Of a stretch of 64,000 bases of DNA, positions 11,201 through 24,784 are shown one piece after another. Where the stretch lies: assembly GCA_000708835.1 (NCBI GenBank), contig DF237061.1, positions 124,001 through 188,000 of the forward strand, read 5' to 3'. Origin of the DNA: Klebsormidium nitens. Lineage: Eukaryota; Plantae; Klebsormidiophyceae. The position numbers were made by a program, and so were the translations under genes. Within the stretch, counting starts at the first letter, position 1. Every line of letters begins with the position of its first letter. Under the pieces are notes generated by a model that saw nothing but the letters and a program-made list of their open reading frames with translations, did no database searches and was not told the DNA's origin.

Positions 11201-12597
11201 GCCAACGGCGAATGATCAAGGACTTTTGCCCTGTGGAATCTTGCTTGTAAGTTTTGAATGTTGAGCTGACCTTTCAGACATGTATATGCTCCTCGCAATG
11301 AATTTTCAGCCCAGTGAAACTCTGTGCGGAATCCTTTTGAATCTGCACGTTGGTATATATCTTGCAGACACCTCAAAACCTCTCTGTGAATCTAGACTTC
11401 TTCAGCTTCGTGCCTTGGAGCATCGCCTGTACTTGGTCTCGTTTTCCCGGTCCCGTGATGAACACCGTTTGCAATTAAATAAACGCCGTGGTATGATCTT
11501 GCTCTGCTTCCTCGTGCAGACTGTCCGAAGCATCAGGGACGGCGTCGCAGCTGTCCAATCGGGCGAGGCCTCTGCATACATCGCAGAGAGTCACGTTTTG
11601 CAGCACATTGCCGGACAGCTGCCGTGCAACTTGCAAGTGGTGGGGGCCTTATTTGGTCCCAACGGCTTAGCCCTAGGCGTTCGCCGCGGCTGGCCCTATA
11701 CACAGGCGCTCAATGTTGCCATGCTTCAACTCATGCAAAACGGTGTTGGGGATGAGCTTCGAAGGAAGTGGGTCGGAAACCAAGACATCTGCACATCTAG
11801 CAGCCAGGTTCGTTTCTTTACCGTCATTGCCTACGGCCAGCTCAACAACTGCCCCGACTTCTTCTTTTTGCAATATCAGTGTTTCCTGATGCATCTATTT
11901 CCTGTGCCCTACAGTCTGATCAAGATCAGTCAATTGGCCCGCATACACTTACCGTGCATAAGGCGAGAGCAGGACAGCCTTGTTGTCTCGCCTGCAAACG
12001 AAGGGCACAGGAATGTCCGCAGCCCATCGTTGACATTCAAATATCTTCTTTGATTGCCCATCCGTCGAGTAGATCCACCCCAAATCCACCTTTCGCAAAG
12101 AGCCCGGCCTAAGGCTTGTTGTTGTTGGTAGCTTAACCACCAGGCGTGGAAACGGTCTGATGCATTTCTTTCCGTCTTTTCTTCAGGTATCTAACCGAGC
12201 CCTCCAGTCAACAGACTTTTCTGGCCTCTGGTACACTCTTTTTTGTGCTATTGCTATTGGGGTCGTGATCATAATCTGGGAGAACCTGATGGTCAACGTC
12301 CTCCAAAGCTTTCCGGCTCTCCGGTCGTCCTTCCTATCGGGCACAAACTCTTTGAAGTACCACGAGAGCGTAGGCGACTTGTTTTCCGCGGGTGATGAAG
12401 ATCGTGCTGACTTTACAAATAACCCTGCTTATGAAGTCCCAGCAGGCAGCGCTAGTGACAGGATCGCTAAGCTGTCCTCACCGACCACCTCGCATGAAGC
12501 AGGAACCCTCAAAGACGAAAGTGTGGATCGGATCTTAGACCAGGGCGAGTATGAGTCTGCCGATGCTTGTATGACGGATCTAGCTGCAATGCTTTGA
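8289..12597 (+). CDS. GLR: Ionotropic glutamate receptor-like channel B (no ATD), 517 aa, 8 coding exons
   Basis: Exons 8289-8493, 9208-9344, 9695-9893, 10180-10211, 10492-10599, 10877-11050, 11520-11807 and 12187-12597 total 1554 nt in frame. Motifs: NGTWNG-x-GELLAGRADIA, FLAPFTTSLW (M1), AYTASFASFLT (M3), AYIAE and PCNL (S2), TDFSGLW (M4). Intron positions and phases match GLR-A. Confidence 0.9.
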
Positions 12598-13917
12598 TAG
12601 GTAGTTGTTGACTAGTTGGTGCACAATCGTTGCATCTCAATTGAGTAATTCAACTTCCGCTGGTAGAAACTTGGTCTTACGTCTTATTGCAGTAGCGTCT
12701 AGGTGAGCAACTCTAGAACGTTACAATATTCTAGATTGAGCCCAAATGGTCAATGGCATCATTGAAACGCGGGAGATAATGTCACGCGGATCACATGAGG
12801 GAACTCACGGTGCGATCGACTTGAATCATACATGCATTCCTTCAACATCTGAGACTCGTGAAAGTTCTGAACATGCCAGCCCTGTCCGCTTCAGCCCGTA
12901 TAACTCGTTCATATCTTTCAACGGCTCCATAGCCTCTATGTACCGATCTTGGAACAGACTGTCCCCTTACGAGTGAAGGGAATCAAAGCTATGAGCGACT
13001 TTATCATCACCAGCTTTGATGTGTTGCCTTCAGTCATCACAATTTAGAGTGAAGTCTGATGACGACGTAAGTCGGACCGGATTGTCACTATGCCTAGGCG
13101 GCGACCCCCGGGGACTCGTACCGGGCACCGCAGAAGGGCCTCGCGCCGGTGCATTATTCGGCATCTTGTGGACTTGGTCAATCAGAAGCTAGCGCTCGGG
13201 GCGAGCCTGCCGGGCGACTTCCGGCTCGAGGAGGACACGAACGGTGGCACGCGCAGCGGCGCTGGGAGCTCAACGAGCAGCTTGTACTAAAGCTGAGGGA
13301 CGCCAAAACGAAGATCGATAGAATCCAACTTTAGAAAATGTGCAGGTAGACTCAAGATTTCAGCTTAGCTCTGGTAGTGTCCGACAGTGGGCAAGGACAA
13401 TCATTGAATCACATAGAACGCTGCTTGCGCTGGCTGACTCGATCACGGGAAAGACAACTCAGAATCTTCCAAATCATGTTGACTTGACGTCTGAGTCGGA
13501 ACCCTTGTTCCATACTCCGTTATGCTTAAGAAACCAAGTCATTGCCCCGCCACACTTCACGCTCTGTGTATGAATATGCAGTACTTGTTCCCTGCATGCA
13601 GGGCCTGTATTCGGATTGTCCCCAAATGATTGGCCTATGACTCTGAACAGATTCAGATTTGTCAGAGGCATTTACCCTTCCGTCAAAGTCCTGGCGTTTC
13701 GACCGTGTCACTGCTAGTCTTGGGGGCCGCTTACCCAGCAAGACGACAGCTGCTACGCGTGCTCACTGGCATCAGACTCATCTGTAGACTTCGTTGACTT
13801 CTAGGAACGCTGGCTGTCCTGTGATTTCTTTCCTCTCGTAGACTGTCCAATCAAAGGCTCGATTAGTGGAACTAATGCACCATCTTTCGCAAGCACGGCA
13901 AGTATCCGTCATTTCGC

Positions 13918-16900
13918 CTATGGTATGTCTTTCTCTTTTCTGGGCGACGGCTGGCCGCAGCCTAGGGCTCGGAAGAGGACCCCCGCTAGCAGCACCAGCA
14001 TACCGCTGCGCAAGGAGGGAGAAAAGAGCCGTCAAACGACAGACAGGCCGTATCGACTCCGTACAGGAAACAGCAGAATTCTGGGAAAGCTTCAGAAAAA
14101 GACGATACCGCAAAGGGTGCGAGGAAGGATCATGATTCCTGGAAGTCGAGTGGCGACAGCATTAACGTACTCCGTCGAGGTTGAATATGCACTCTGATCA
14201 AATCCTGACCGTTACGAGGTGCAGCATCGACGTTAAGGCGTCAAGCATCGGGGCTGGGGACCAACTTTCGAAATATAATCAGGCCCCAAAACAGCGTTTC
14301 TGCGCACAAATGAAACGGCTTCCTGATCCGTCCCGGAACAGTCCACCACGTCGGGCCCGTTACTTCCCCTCCAACGATTCTTGAAGCGTTGAAAACCATC
14401 TTGCCTTGTCGCTCTCCTTCGCAGCTGCCTCCTCAAACGGAAGTCACGGCTCAAAGAACGTTTTGACCATCCAAATCATGGGCAAAAGACAGAAAGTCGA
14501 AAATGCAGCGACGAAAAACGTCGTAAGAAGATTGTTCGCCAGACTTACCTGACAAAGCCGGGCGCCGTCGTGCCTAGCCGCGTCACCAACAGCCCCGCTA
14601 GAGTCGGTCCCAAAACTCGACACGTGGACATCAGCGTGTCCGCCAAACCCAATAACTGACCGACCTGCAGGTGACGATCGCACTGCGTGAGTTAAACGAG
14701 CTACTCAGAGTCCCAGAAAGTTACGTTGCAGGTCATACCTCCACCAGAAGTCTGGTTGGAGAGTTATACGCAAATGTCGATTTGAAGAGAGACTGTCGCT
14801 CATACGGAGAACGAGAATCTTGCACTCAGCAGATTGTATTGTTTCAGTTCTTCTTAAAGTGAAAACTCGGTTGCGAGTCTTTGGCATGCTATTTCTACGA
14901 TCTACGTTTACTTGATTTGCACCGCTCGCTCTTCGCAAGTCCGTGGGGGTTCTCACCGGTGCTCGAACAAAAAAGGAGCCGATTCAGTCCGTGGACGAGC
15001 GACACGCGCGTTGGACACGTACCTCCGAGGATGGCACCGCTGACGTCAGCAGGGCCGTGAAGGTGGTTCTCACGACACCCCCCGCGAGCGCGACGGGCGC
15101 CAACAGCACGACGAGCGACCGGATCGAGGGGCCCAGGGAGGCTGCCACGTAAGCAAGGCCAAGTGACGTAATGCCGGCCTGGATGAGGAACCCCTCCTTG
15201 GGATATGACGCGACGAGGGGACGAATGGCGAAGCCTTGAACGAGCGTGGTTAGGAAACCCTGTCATAAGAAGACTGCGGGTCAGAGTGGTTAAGGGCGGG
15301 TTAGAGCGGATTAGCTGTGGGTTCACTTATTCCTTCAGTGGACGAGTGGTCAAGTGTTGGTATGAATATTTGAAGGACAGTCGTTGCTTCAGCTGATGAG
15401 AATTACGTTAATATGTTATTTCGAACGACTCGGCGGCTGTCCTTTCAACTAAGTTGGCAGACAAAGGACGATGAAACCGCAGGAGCACTCTTTACCAGCG
15501 GAGACTGATACGTCTTCAGATTCAAGTGACGCGGCACGCAACTCGAAGCCAGCTGTGACTGCTCACGACGTTCCGCACCCGATCCGAGATTGACTCATGG
15601 GGCGCACAGTCAAAGTCCAGAAAAGGCTGGAGCAAGCTGCGTTGCAAGACCTCGTTCTTCTGAGGGAATCGTATGCAATGCAAACGACTTGCCTAACACG
15701 GATTTCATCTTACATGTGCCGTTCGTCCAACACGCTCTTCACAGTTTTGCGAAACTTCTAAAGGCAGTCCGTAGGAGAACCTGGCAATTCAGAAACGTCC
15801 GAACCGTGCATCTTGTGCTTCGAACAAGGTCGAAACATTGACCGCCAGTCATCCGACTCCGCCACCTTCTGAGCAGGAAACTGAGGAAAGCGCAAGACCC
15901 AACAGGGAGGAAGAAGAAACATGACACGAGATTTTGGCCCTTAACCATAGATGGTGATGGGCTGATTATGGCTGGTCAAATGATGTTTATATGTTCAGTA
16001 ACCAGGTCTGGGCTTTAACCAGCCCCGGAACAAGATTAACGCCGGATTGTTTGTCAAACAAACTGACACTCAGTCTGGAAATCAGCCTGGTTAGAAGCCA
16101 AAACTTGCCTGGTAAGAGATGAGCATCCCGTTTTGCCGCGCGTCCAGCTCAAACCGGTACAACACGAGGGTCGTGAAACCCTCCCGAAACACTTGCACAG
16201 CAAGACCCAACACCGCGCGCACCGCCAAAAGCGCACCCACTTTTGGCCGCCGCAAGACCGCAGCTTGCGGAAGCACGGATTCCAGACGCGCGTGCCAGGA
16301 ACGAATTCGCGGCGGTAGGGGGGACGGGAACGGGCTTTCTGGACCCCCTTTGTCCGAGGTCGGGCCCGGGAAAGCTGGGAGGAAGTAGGAGGCGAGTGTG
16401 GCGTTGCAGAGGAAGAGGAGCGCGGCGAGGCAGCCGGGGAGGCGCTGTCCGCCGTATCTGCAGAACACAAAAGAAATGAAAACTATATAAGTAAGGGATC
16501 GCAATGATGATACCGAAGAGAATTATTTGGGCTTTCAGTCTTGTCTCTTTGATAGGAGTAAATGGGGTTCGTCTCATTCGAGGGCTTTTGGCTAAGAGAA
16601 AGACGCTGCCGCTTTGACAGAACGAATGTCAAGGTGCTGAATCCTGTTTAACGATCGGTACTGTCGAGAATGCAGTCAGCTGTGAATGATTGGGGCAATA
16701 TTATGGGCAATGGTTGTCCAGGTCAGCAACGGGAATGAGTCACTTCGTTCGTCGAGCACGTTTTAAAGGCGGGGACGTTGGGAACGAAACAATTGGCGAC
16801 CATACAGATATTTCGTAGAGCTTCCAAAGTACGGCTTGTCGTGTGCTTGCTCAATTATCATAAAGCCGTCGATTCGTACGACATGACATGCTGTGAACAA

Positions 16901-19663
16901 CGACACAGCAGCTCGCCGTTCAACACGAAAGCGAAGGGTAGTACGTCGTCTCTGGCAATCACCTTCCAGATCTCATCCCGCCCTGCAATCTAGAGCCTGA
17001 TTCTCAAGGAAAGCACTGAGAAGATTCCACGTAGCTTCTACTATTCGTGAAAGTGATCGACAAGGAGTCAGAGGATGCGGGAGCAATGAAAGTGAAAAAA
17101 TTACCTGTGCAAGAAGCCCCCCAGCATGGGTCCCACCATGAATCCTAGCCCCGAGGCGGTGGCCATCCGTCCGAAATCAACGGACCGTTCGGACCGGGAC
17201 ACGCGGTCCGAGATGTACGCCTTTACGCCGTTGCTGGAGTGGCGCACCAGGCCCGTGATAACTCGGCTCAAGAACAGGACCTGAGAGCAACGGGTAAAAC
17301 GTCAATCAGGTAAAATCTTCTTTTAGGATTGGTCCTCTCCAGTATGTTCTTGACAGATTGCAGAAGAGTAGGGCACCAGATCCGTTGCTAGTCTAACTCG
17401 AAAAGCGGACTGTGCTCGACTGGCGACACGAAATGGATGCAAGCCTTTGAGAAAGAATGGTCCTTTTGAAAATGAGAAGACCAGAGTGCCGAACAGGAAG
17501 ATGTAATGTTCCATGCTGCACCAGTGCTCAATATAGAGTTTGAACTGAGCGGCAGGATATAATTCGAAACTGATGCACATCGAGGAAAGAGATGGCCCCC
17601 TCGATGTGCGACTTTGACGAGCATCAGTCAGGGAAGGGGGTTCGGAGAGACAAAGTCGACGCCGTTGCTGGAACCGATGACATTAAAACGACAATTGCTC
17701 CTTCGAAGTACAACGTTCGAACAAGCATTAGCAGGTACTGCGATTCAAGACGAAGACGTCGAGGTCGTGACGCCCCAGGCATGGCATGGCTCGACTCGAG
17801 AGAAGGACCTGAGAGTTGTGACACAGCAGAGAGGTATTTTGATATTGTGAATGCAACTCGAAAGGACGCAGGGGAGGCACTTGTTTGTCCGCCATGGCCG
17901 ATACAACTTGTAATTGCTGGACATTGATCGCAGACAAGTGTTGTTCCTGTGAACGAAAACCGGAGAAGCAACCGTGTCCACCCATACGCACAGTGTAGAG
18001 GGGAGTTATTACACAATCCGCAGCCCCCAAATGGCTTACCTCTAGGCTGCGGCTGAAGCCAACCAAGCCGTAGCCAATGGCAGTACCAAGGTATGCGGCC
18101 ACGATGATAAAGTGACGGCCTTTGCGGTCACTGAGTAAGCCCTGGAGGCAAAAAGAGAAAAGTCCAGCACCTTGTCGGCTTGTGAGAAATCAGACTGATT
18201 TGGTTGTTCTTAATGCTCGGGACTGTAACATGTGGGTCCTGACAGTTGCGATTCTCAAAATACCACCCGGAGTATAACATGGGCAAGTTCGAGATGCTGG
18301 CATGGCACCCTCCGCAGATGTCCAACCCCTCAAAACCGTCGAGGGGGCACAGGTTTGAAGCTTGCAAGACTTGAGCTTACAGATAGCGAAAATTGATTGT
18401 ATCTACACCCTTTCGGCGGTGCTTCCTCCGGGAGCTCGGAAACAGTTGAAGATACAGCTTTGAATCAGAACTGCCACGTGAAACGACTCACATCATTTAG
18501 TCTCTATAGAGTGTTTTTCTCAAACTGAATCGCCAATGTCCGAAATTGAGTTCCAATATTCGGAACCGACTGACTGTGGGACCCACACCTATAAATTCCC
18601 TGGATGGTGGTTTGAGAGCTTTTGCAACAACAGCACTTCAGGCCGTTGCAAAGTCGCCTCAGCTCGTTGGCCCTTCACAATGAAAATCATGTTATGTACT
18701 ATTACCGAATTTTAAGGAACACAAGAGGACGTTCCACTTGAGGGCTGGAAAAACTTTGTTCTCCAATTTGTTTGAGTCGCCTCTTGGAGAACTAGAAATT
18801 ACCCTGCCTAGCTTCATTTGCCCCTTGACTTGATCTGAGCTCAGTGGTTTAGCTCGTTGAATCCACTAAGAAGATGTAATGCCAAGGGCGCGATCATTGC
18901 AAGCCTTTTTAGTGGTCTGATTGAGTACTTTACCATCCATCTGAGACAAGACGCTTGTTTAAACGCACGAGAAGAACGTTGACTTACCACCATAGGCCCA
19001 CTCGTGAGCTGCAGGGCGCCATATGTGCTGGAGATCAAGCCCAACTGGAAAGGGGTCGCGCCTAGTTCCTTCATCAGAGGAACCAGCATAGACATCACCT
19101 GCAGAGTAAGAACGCCATTCTTGCAGAGCTGTTTTTGGTCCACTCAATGCAAACACATCTGTTTGTCATCTGACGGGATACGGTCTAGAGAACACCACTG
19201 ATCCCCTTATGAATGAAATCCCCGGTCGGTTTACTGCGCTTTTTGAAGCTGCGGCACTGCCCTGGCTTGCGAAAGAGGACAAGCTGCAGCAAAATCAAGG
19301 AACAAGTTGAGGCTTGGCAGCTTCTCAACACTGCTTTAGGACAGAGAACTTAGAGCAAAGATGTGGACAGTTTTCAGGAGAAACACGTTGACGGACCAGC
19401 CCGTGCGTCATCCATCCCCCTTCGGTTGGTGCCATGATCAGTTCTCCTCAATTACAGAGCTCATTTGAGATCAGAGAATCAGTGCGCTTGGTTGTCTTCT
19501 TGTGCAACAATGAGGTTAAGCACAGTAGACTGATTGAGAACCTCACCATGCCCGCAGCCATAAGATCCACGAACACCAGGAGCAGCAGGACGGATCTCCA
19601 TGAATGGAGATAAGCCGGTGGCTGCCGGGGAGAGCCTGCCGCCAGCAGCGGCAGCTCAAACAT
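13918..19663 (-). CDS. Major facilitator superfamily transporter (MFSD9/SLC22A18/TetA-like), 431 aa, 8 exons
   Basis: Exons 19663-19547, 19098-18988, 18141-18040, 17280-17105, 16457-16109, 15259-15023, 14664-14549 and 14005-13918 total 1296 nt in frame. It has MFS motif A (GLLSDRKGR), SRVITGLVRH, GLGFMVGPMLGG and RVLGPTLAGLL. One intron has a GC donor. Confidence 0.88.
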
Positions 19664-20588
19664 GCTGTCGATCAGCTGCTTTTTCTAACTATGTCAAAGT
19701 TCTTCCAACCAGAACAATGCATTGCTCATTAATCTGGACAATTTGACAAGACTTCCAGCTGGCAGTTGCACAGATCCAATTGCTGAAAGTTGCAGCTCCC
19801 AGGTGGTGCAATCTGAGGTGTAGGAAAGTTGTAGGTGCCAGCTCGATTATCGCACTCAAGCAGGTGCAAGCGGCCTATTGCCCCGCTGAAGGGTTGAATG
19901 AAGCAGTCGAGAACTGCCAAGTGAGCCCGTCAAAGACGAGACAGCCATGTTGCAGCGCACACACAGCTGCTCAACCTCTGTTTCAGAGCACTTTGTTTCT
20001 GTGAGCAGCATCCACTGATCCAGAGCCTGATGTGCCTGAGGCCAGCAGAACCAGTATACGGTATACGAGCTCCGAAAATAGCGCGCAATTTTGTCAGTGC
20101 GTTTCTGACTTTGACAAATCCGATTTTCTTCGAGAGCCCGTTTCTTGATGAGCAGCAACCATGTCTTGCGGTATCATACGAGAGAATCTGGTGCACATAA
20201 TTTCTGCTTTGGTCCCATATGGTGGGCGCGTTCGTAAATTGACTCTCATATTACCTGAGGCAGCACAGGTTGGAGATGCAATGCTTGACAGCACCTTCGA
20301 TCCACACACATACGACCTTCGATCCAACACTCCCAACTTCGTGTGTGTCACTTTCGAGTTCAGGCAAACACAAGCTTTGCGCTTCTTTGGATACAGAACG
20401 ATTTACTTTTAATACGAAGCCTGAAAGGTCAAGCCGTCAAAGCGTTCTCTTCATATTGCTGGGTAGTTCCAGTAGTTTGGCGCTTTCCAGAGTTTTTCAG
20501 GTTTCCGCCAGGTCTCTGATTCCGAGCTGCTCAAGGGTCAACAACTATCAGTCGAACCGGCGATCGCCGTTATCTGCTCTGAGGTACA

Positions 20589-22152
20589 ATGGACGATGAT
20601 GATGTGCCAATTGCTTTGACCCCAACTGCCAAGGCCGAAAAGAAGCCAGCAGTAAAGAGAGTCAAAAAGGAGGAAAAGAAGAGCGATAAAGGCAAGGAAA
20701 AGAAGAAGGCCAAGCCTGCAGACAAGAAAGGGAAGGTAGGTGACAATCTGCGATCATGCACAGGATAGAACCAGTGTCTATCTGTGATATGTGATCCAGA
20801 ACTATGGGGCTTAATTGTTTTGGCTTGATTGTGTTCGCTTGATTGTGGAGGATTGGAGTCAAGAACTCTGAGTAAGAGCTCAATAGTTCTAACACAAATC
20901 TGATGCAAATGTGTCAGCATAGCGCCCTGTAATCAGTTATGCAACACTGCCGCGCACTTCCAACCCTCAAATTTGTATTTTGGGCGGCTATTTGCCTTCG
21001 GAGCACTGTTTAAGTTGCTAGTGCCCCTAGATAAACGAAACTTGTCGGAATGTACTAAGTATTGCCTGCAGGGAAAGGAGACGAAGAAGGTTGCAGACAA
21101 GAAGACGGAAGTGAAGAAGGAGCGGAAGGTCTATGACCTCCCTGGCCAGAAGCATGACATTCCTGCTGAGGTATAGGTCCATGGTTTGTTTTGTGCAGTC
21201 TCGTAGAGTAGCATTCTGTTGCGGTGCAGAATCCTCATTGTATCGTTTCTGAAAACCTGATAAGCAATCATGTTGAGTTCCAAGGAGAAGGAGCTTTCTC
21301 AGAATGCTGTCAAGATTTCAACATCTACAGCCAGGCCTTCACGTGCTTGCTGTCCCAAAGTAGGAACCAAGTATGAGTCTGGGGATTAGATGCACCACCT
21401 TTCTTTGCAAGTTTGAGGTTGATTCTTTTTGAACGAGTAAACAGCGTCCCTTGAAAGCTTGTTGGTCCTTGTCTTGCAGCGAGATCCACTCCGAGTGTTT
21501 TATGAGAGCCTTTACAATCAGCGACCAGAGAGCGAGATGGCTCAGTTCTGGTAAGTGTTGGTTGCTTTCCTGACTGGCTTGCTTTGTGATAAGCGGGTAG
21601 ATTCAAAACTGCACAAGGCTTCTGATTGCGAATCTGAAAGTGCATTGGTAATGCGCACTGCAAGGAAAGAGTCTGTTATTGTTTGATGCAGTCTGATTTT
21701 GACATTGGCAAGAACCTCAGATAAAATAAGCTAATTAATGTAAAAATGCAATGCTTTTATAGACTTTCTGAGCAGGCCCCAATGAGAGCCGTTTCAGAAT
21801 GTAATTGATGGTACGTTCTCTTTCTACTCTGTTACAATTTCGTTTCGAAGACCTCGATTGATGTCAAAGCTTCCATGCGTTCGGAGTCCTTACATTGATT
21901 CGAGGGTGGTGTCGTTTCAGGATGATGGAGCATGGGTTGCTAGATGAAGACCTTGCACAAAAGGTTTTCGAAAAGAAACAAAAACTGTTGAGGAAAGGGA
22001 CTATCGTAGCTAGCCCTGCCAAGGGACGGTCTGCTTCTAAGTCCAGTAGTAAATCGAAAAAAGCGACTCCTGCATCAAAGACGAAAAAGGGTAAGTCGTC
22101 CTCGAAGAAAAAGAGTGATGAGAAACCTGCCAAGAAGAAGCCTAAGAAGTGA
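20589..22152 (+). CDS. Lys-rich protein of unknown function with a conserved plant domain (KVYDLPGQKHD...RDPLRVFYESL...SEMAQFWMMEHGLL), 182 aa
   Basis: Exons 20589-20735, 21072-21170, 21480-21550 and 21921-22152 total 549 nt in frame. The central block matches, from recall, a conserved uncharacterised green-plant family (AT5G11600/AT1G19990-like); no search was run. Confidence 0.8.
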
Positions 22153-23317
22153 GACTGCTGATGCTTGTGCAATCGAGCGCTATGCTTAGAAGACTTTATG
22201 AGAAGGCTCAGTGAGACGGAGGCAGGCCAATCCTGATAGAAATGCAAATCTGCATGACAGACAACTTAGAGACCGCACTAATATTTGGCGGAAGCGCAAA
22301 GGCAGCGTATCCTGCCAGTCCAGTTTTCATGTCGGGCCCATCAGGCCATCACGTTGGCCAATTTTTGGCAACTGGCAGATTACCATAGCTACACGATGGA
22401 TCTGTTGCTAAGAGCGCGGCCACAATCAGTGCGCTTACAACGAATGTCAGCTCTTGCACGTATGCTTAAGTACCCCTTTTGTCGCTTATATGTATGAGGG
22501 TGCCGTGCCAGGCATATCCTGCAGCATGTTCACCTCATGTCGGCTGCTTGCGTGCATCTCATACAAGTGGATGAAAGAGTTCGAGCATGTGCTGGTTAAG
22601 TGGCCCGGAAAAACCGCACTCCCTATGAAGCATGGAGAGCTAGTGCCCTATGATATTGTTTGATTGAACAATACCAAACCATATTCAGCTTCCGGGCCTT
22701 AATTCTTACAGTGAAAGCCCGGCTTCTTCAATGAATGATGCAAAGGGTCAATTTAACCATACAGTCTGTCTGGAAGTCCGGATATGTAGAGCTGATGTTT
22801 ATCAGGATATCTTTGGAATAAACGAACAAGTGTAGTGTACCCATGCGGGCAATCTGCTTGGTCATCCTGGAGCCTGAGGGATCCAAATACATTGCACAAG
22901 CGCACGCACCATATATGCGAAATTGATTCGAGGGTGATGTGTTCACCATGCTTTCTCTCGCCTTGCACAGAACAGAACAATCCCTCGTTCCTATACTTTA
23001 ACACACGCATGCCAGTCCGAACGATCAAAGAAGAATCCTCAACTCAATGAGTCCACTGTACACTTTTGAGACTGATGTGACTGCAAAAGTCCCAAGCCAA
23101 TCCATACGCGAGGAGACACCTGCAACATGTGGGACTTGGTCAGATCTAAGCAACATACCATCCTGATCACAACGGCGGTACTGCTGAACAGCATACAGTT
23201 GGGAAGTTTCTCAACCTGTCTGCAACAATACCACCAATCGATGTTCTCAACAAGTCTGCCAACCCACCAGCATCCTGCATCGGTCCGGACAGCTTCAACA
23301 TACGGTTGCAACTTACT

Positions 23318-24784
23318 CTACTTGTGGCAGACTGAAGATGTGGGCATGCTGACGCACAGCCTCTTGTACTTCTTGATGGCTGCAAGCAGAAAAACCATTG
23401 TCTTCATTTCGAAAACCCTTCACACAAATCCATTTCAGTGTCACCCTCGACAACTGATATGTCACCGCTGTGCGTCAGTTTCCAAACTCCAGCTTAATGG
23501 GATCCAACTTCTGAATTCCAGAGTGCACTTTCAAATTTCAAAAAAATGGTCAGTATAAAGGTTTCGGTCGGGATCCCTTTGCTTCCGGTTGGTTGGCAGG
23601 TGACCGGATAAAGGGCGCTGCGGAATCAAAAATTTCTTGTTGGCGTGATCTTCTTGGGCATTGGCTGACCTCCTAAGTGTGGGTCGCCTATGATCTGTTC
23701 TGGATCGACAATCCTGGATGGTCTCCTTAGCCAAACTTGACCTGCCTCCAATAGGTACAGCTTTGTGGCAGAGCCTCTTTCCATCCTTGACTTGACCTAC
23801 CAAACCTCTTTCAGTATCGCAACAGATTATGTGTCCTACCAAGCACCCTTGGGCACAAGATGCAAAATGCGATCATCCCTTTGAACGCAAAATGCACTCT
23901 TCCCTTGGACCCTGGAATTCAAGCGATAGTCAATTGAAACCTATAATGCACTGAAGGCCTTCCTTTCACTTTTTCCAGTGCCAACGCATTGTACTCATGT
24001 GTCAGCAAACAGATGCCAAGAGATAGACGACAGACGCAATGAGTCCACCAGTTTCTGCAGCACTTACCCTCAGGAGTGCCACGGGTAGGCTCCTCAGCCT
24101 TGGCCTCCTCCTTTAGTACGGACGCAATCACAACGGCAGCAGTGGCGGCAAAGAATGCTCTCCTCTGCATGGCCTGCTTCTCCTGCTGGCTAGCTTGACA
24201 CCTCACAACCATGAACTGCAGCACCAAGAAGCGGCCAATTAGAGGTGACTGTGCCAGAGGAACAGACCTTTGAGCAAAAGCCTGGTAGGGGGATGAAGAT
24301 CAACAGCAATGAGACGCGCGCACGAAGGCACTTCAGTCTTCTGTTTCCTGTTCCCAGGCAGAGTGCAATCGCCTCAATTGACACCATCATTCTCCAACGT
24401 CTACCTTTGGCATTCATTGTACTTGTTGAACAGGATGTGGATAACGTGCATTGTGCACATTGCCTATGCAAGGCTCTGCAGGCATTCCCTCATATTGCAG
24501 CCATTGGACGGCGGAACTTTATGGGCACAGAGTCATGGTCTGTGTACGCAGTTCTTCTTGGCAGAAAACTCTGCTTCTTGGTGTGAATTCATATTTAGAT
24601 ATGGACAGTATGAATGCATTAAAACTCTACACCTGCACATTGCCCATTGTTCTATCAAAGACAATATCTGGTGACGACTCCTCACCCTGGCATTGCCTGC
24701 TGGCCGCGCGACGACATTCTTCTGCACACTCGCGAAGGAGCTCAGGGCAGACACGGACGAGAGGGCAGCAGCAGTGGAAGCCAT
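23318..24784 (-). CDS. PSBTN: Nuclear-encoded photosystem II 5 kDa lumenal protein PsbTn precursor, 102 aa
   Basis: Exons 24784-24686, 24215-24068 and 23379-23318. A transit peptide and a twin-Arg lumen signal (QRRAFF...AKA) precede the mature peptide EEPTRGTPEAIKKYKRLCVSMPTSSVCHK, which has the two-Cys CVxMPTxxxC motif. Confidence 0.92.

Noticed and set aside
12746-12976. 76-aa ATG ORF after GLR-B
   Set aside because: No motif or splice partner; it probably lies in 3' UTR or intergenic DNA.
17592-18102. ORFs of 78-130 aa inside MFS intron 3
   Set aside because: No recognisable domains. The only coding part is the 102-nt MFS exon at 18141-18040.
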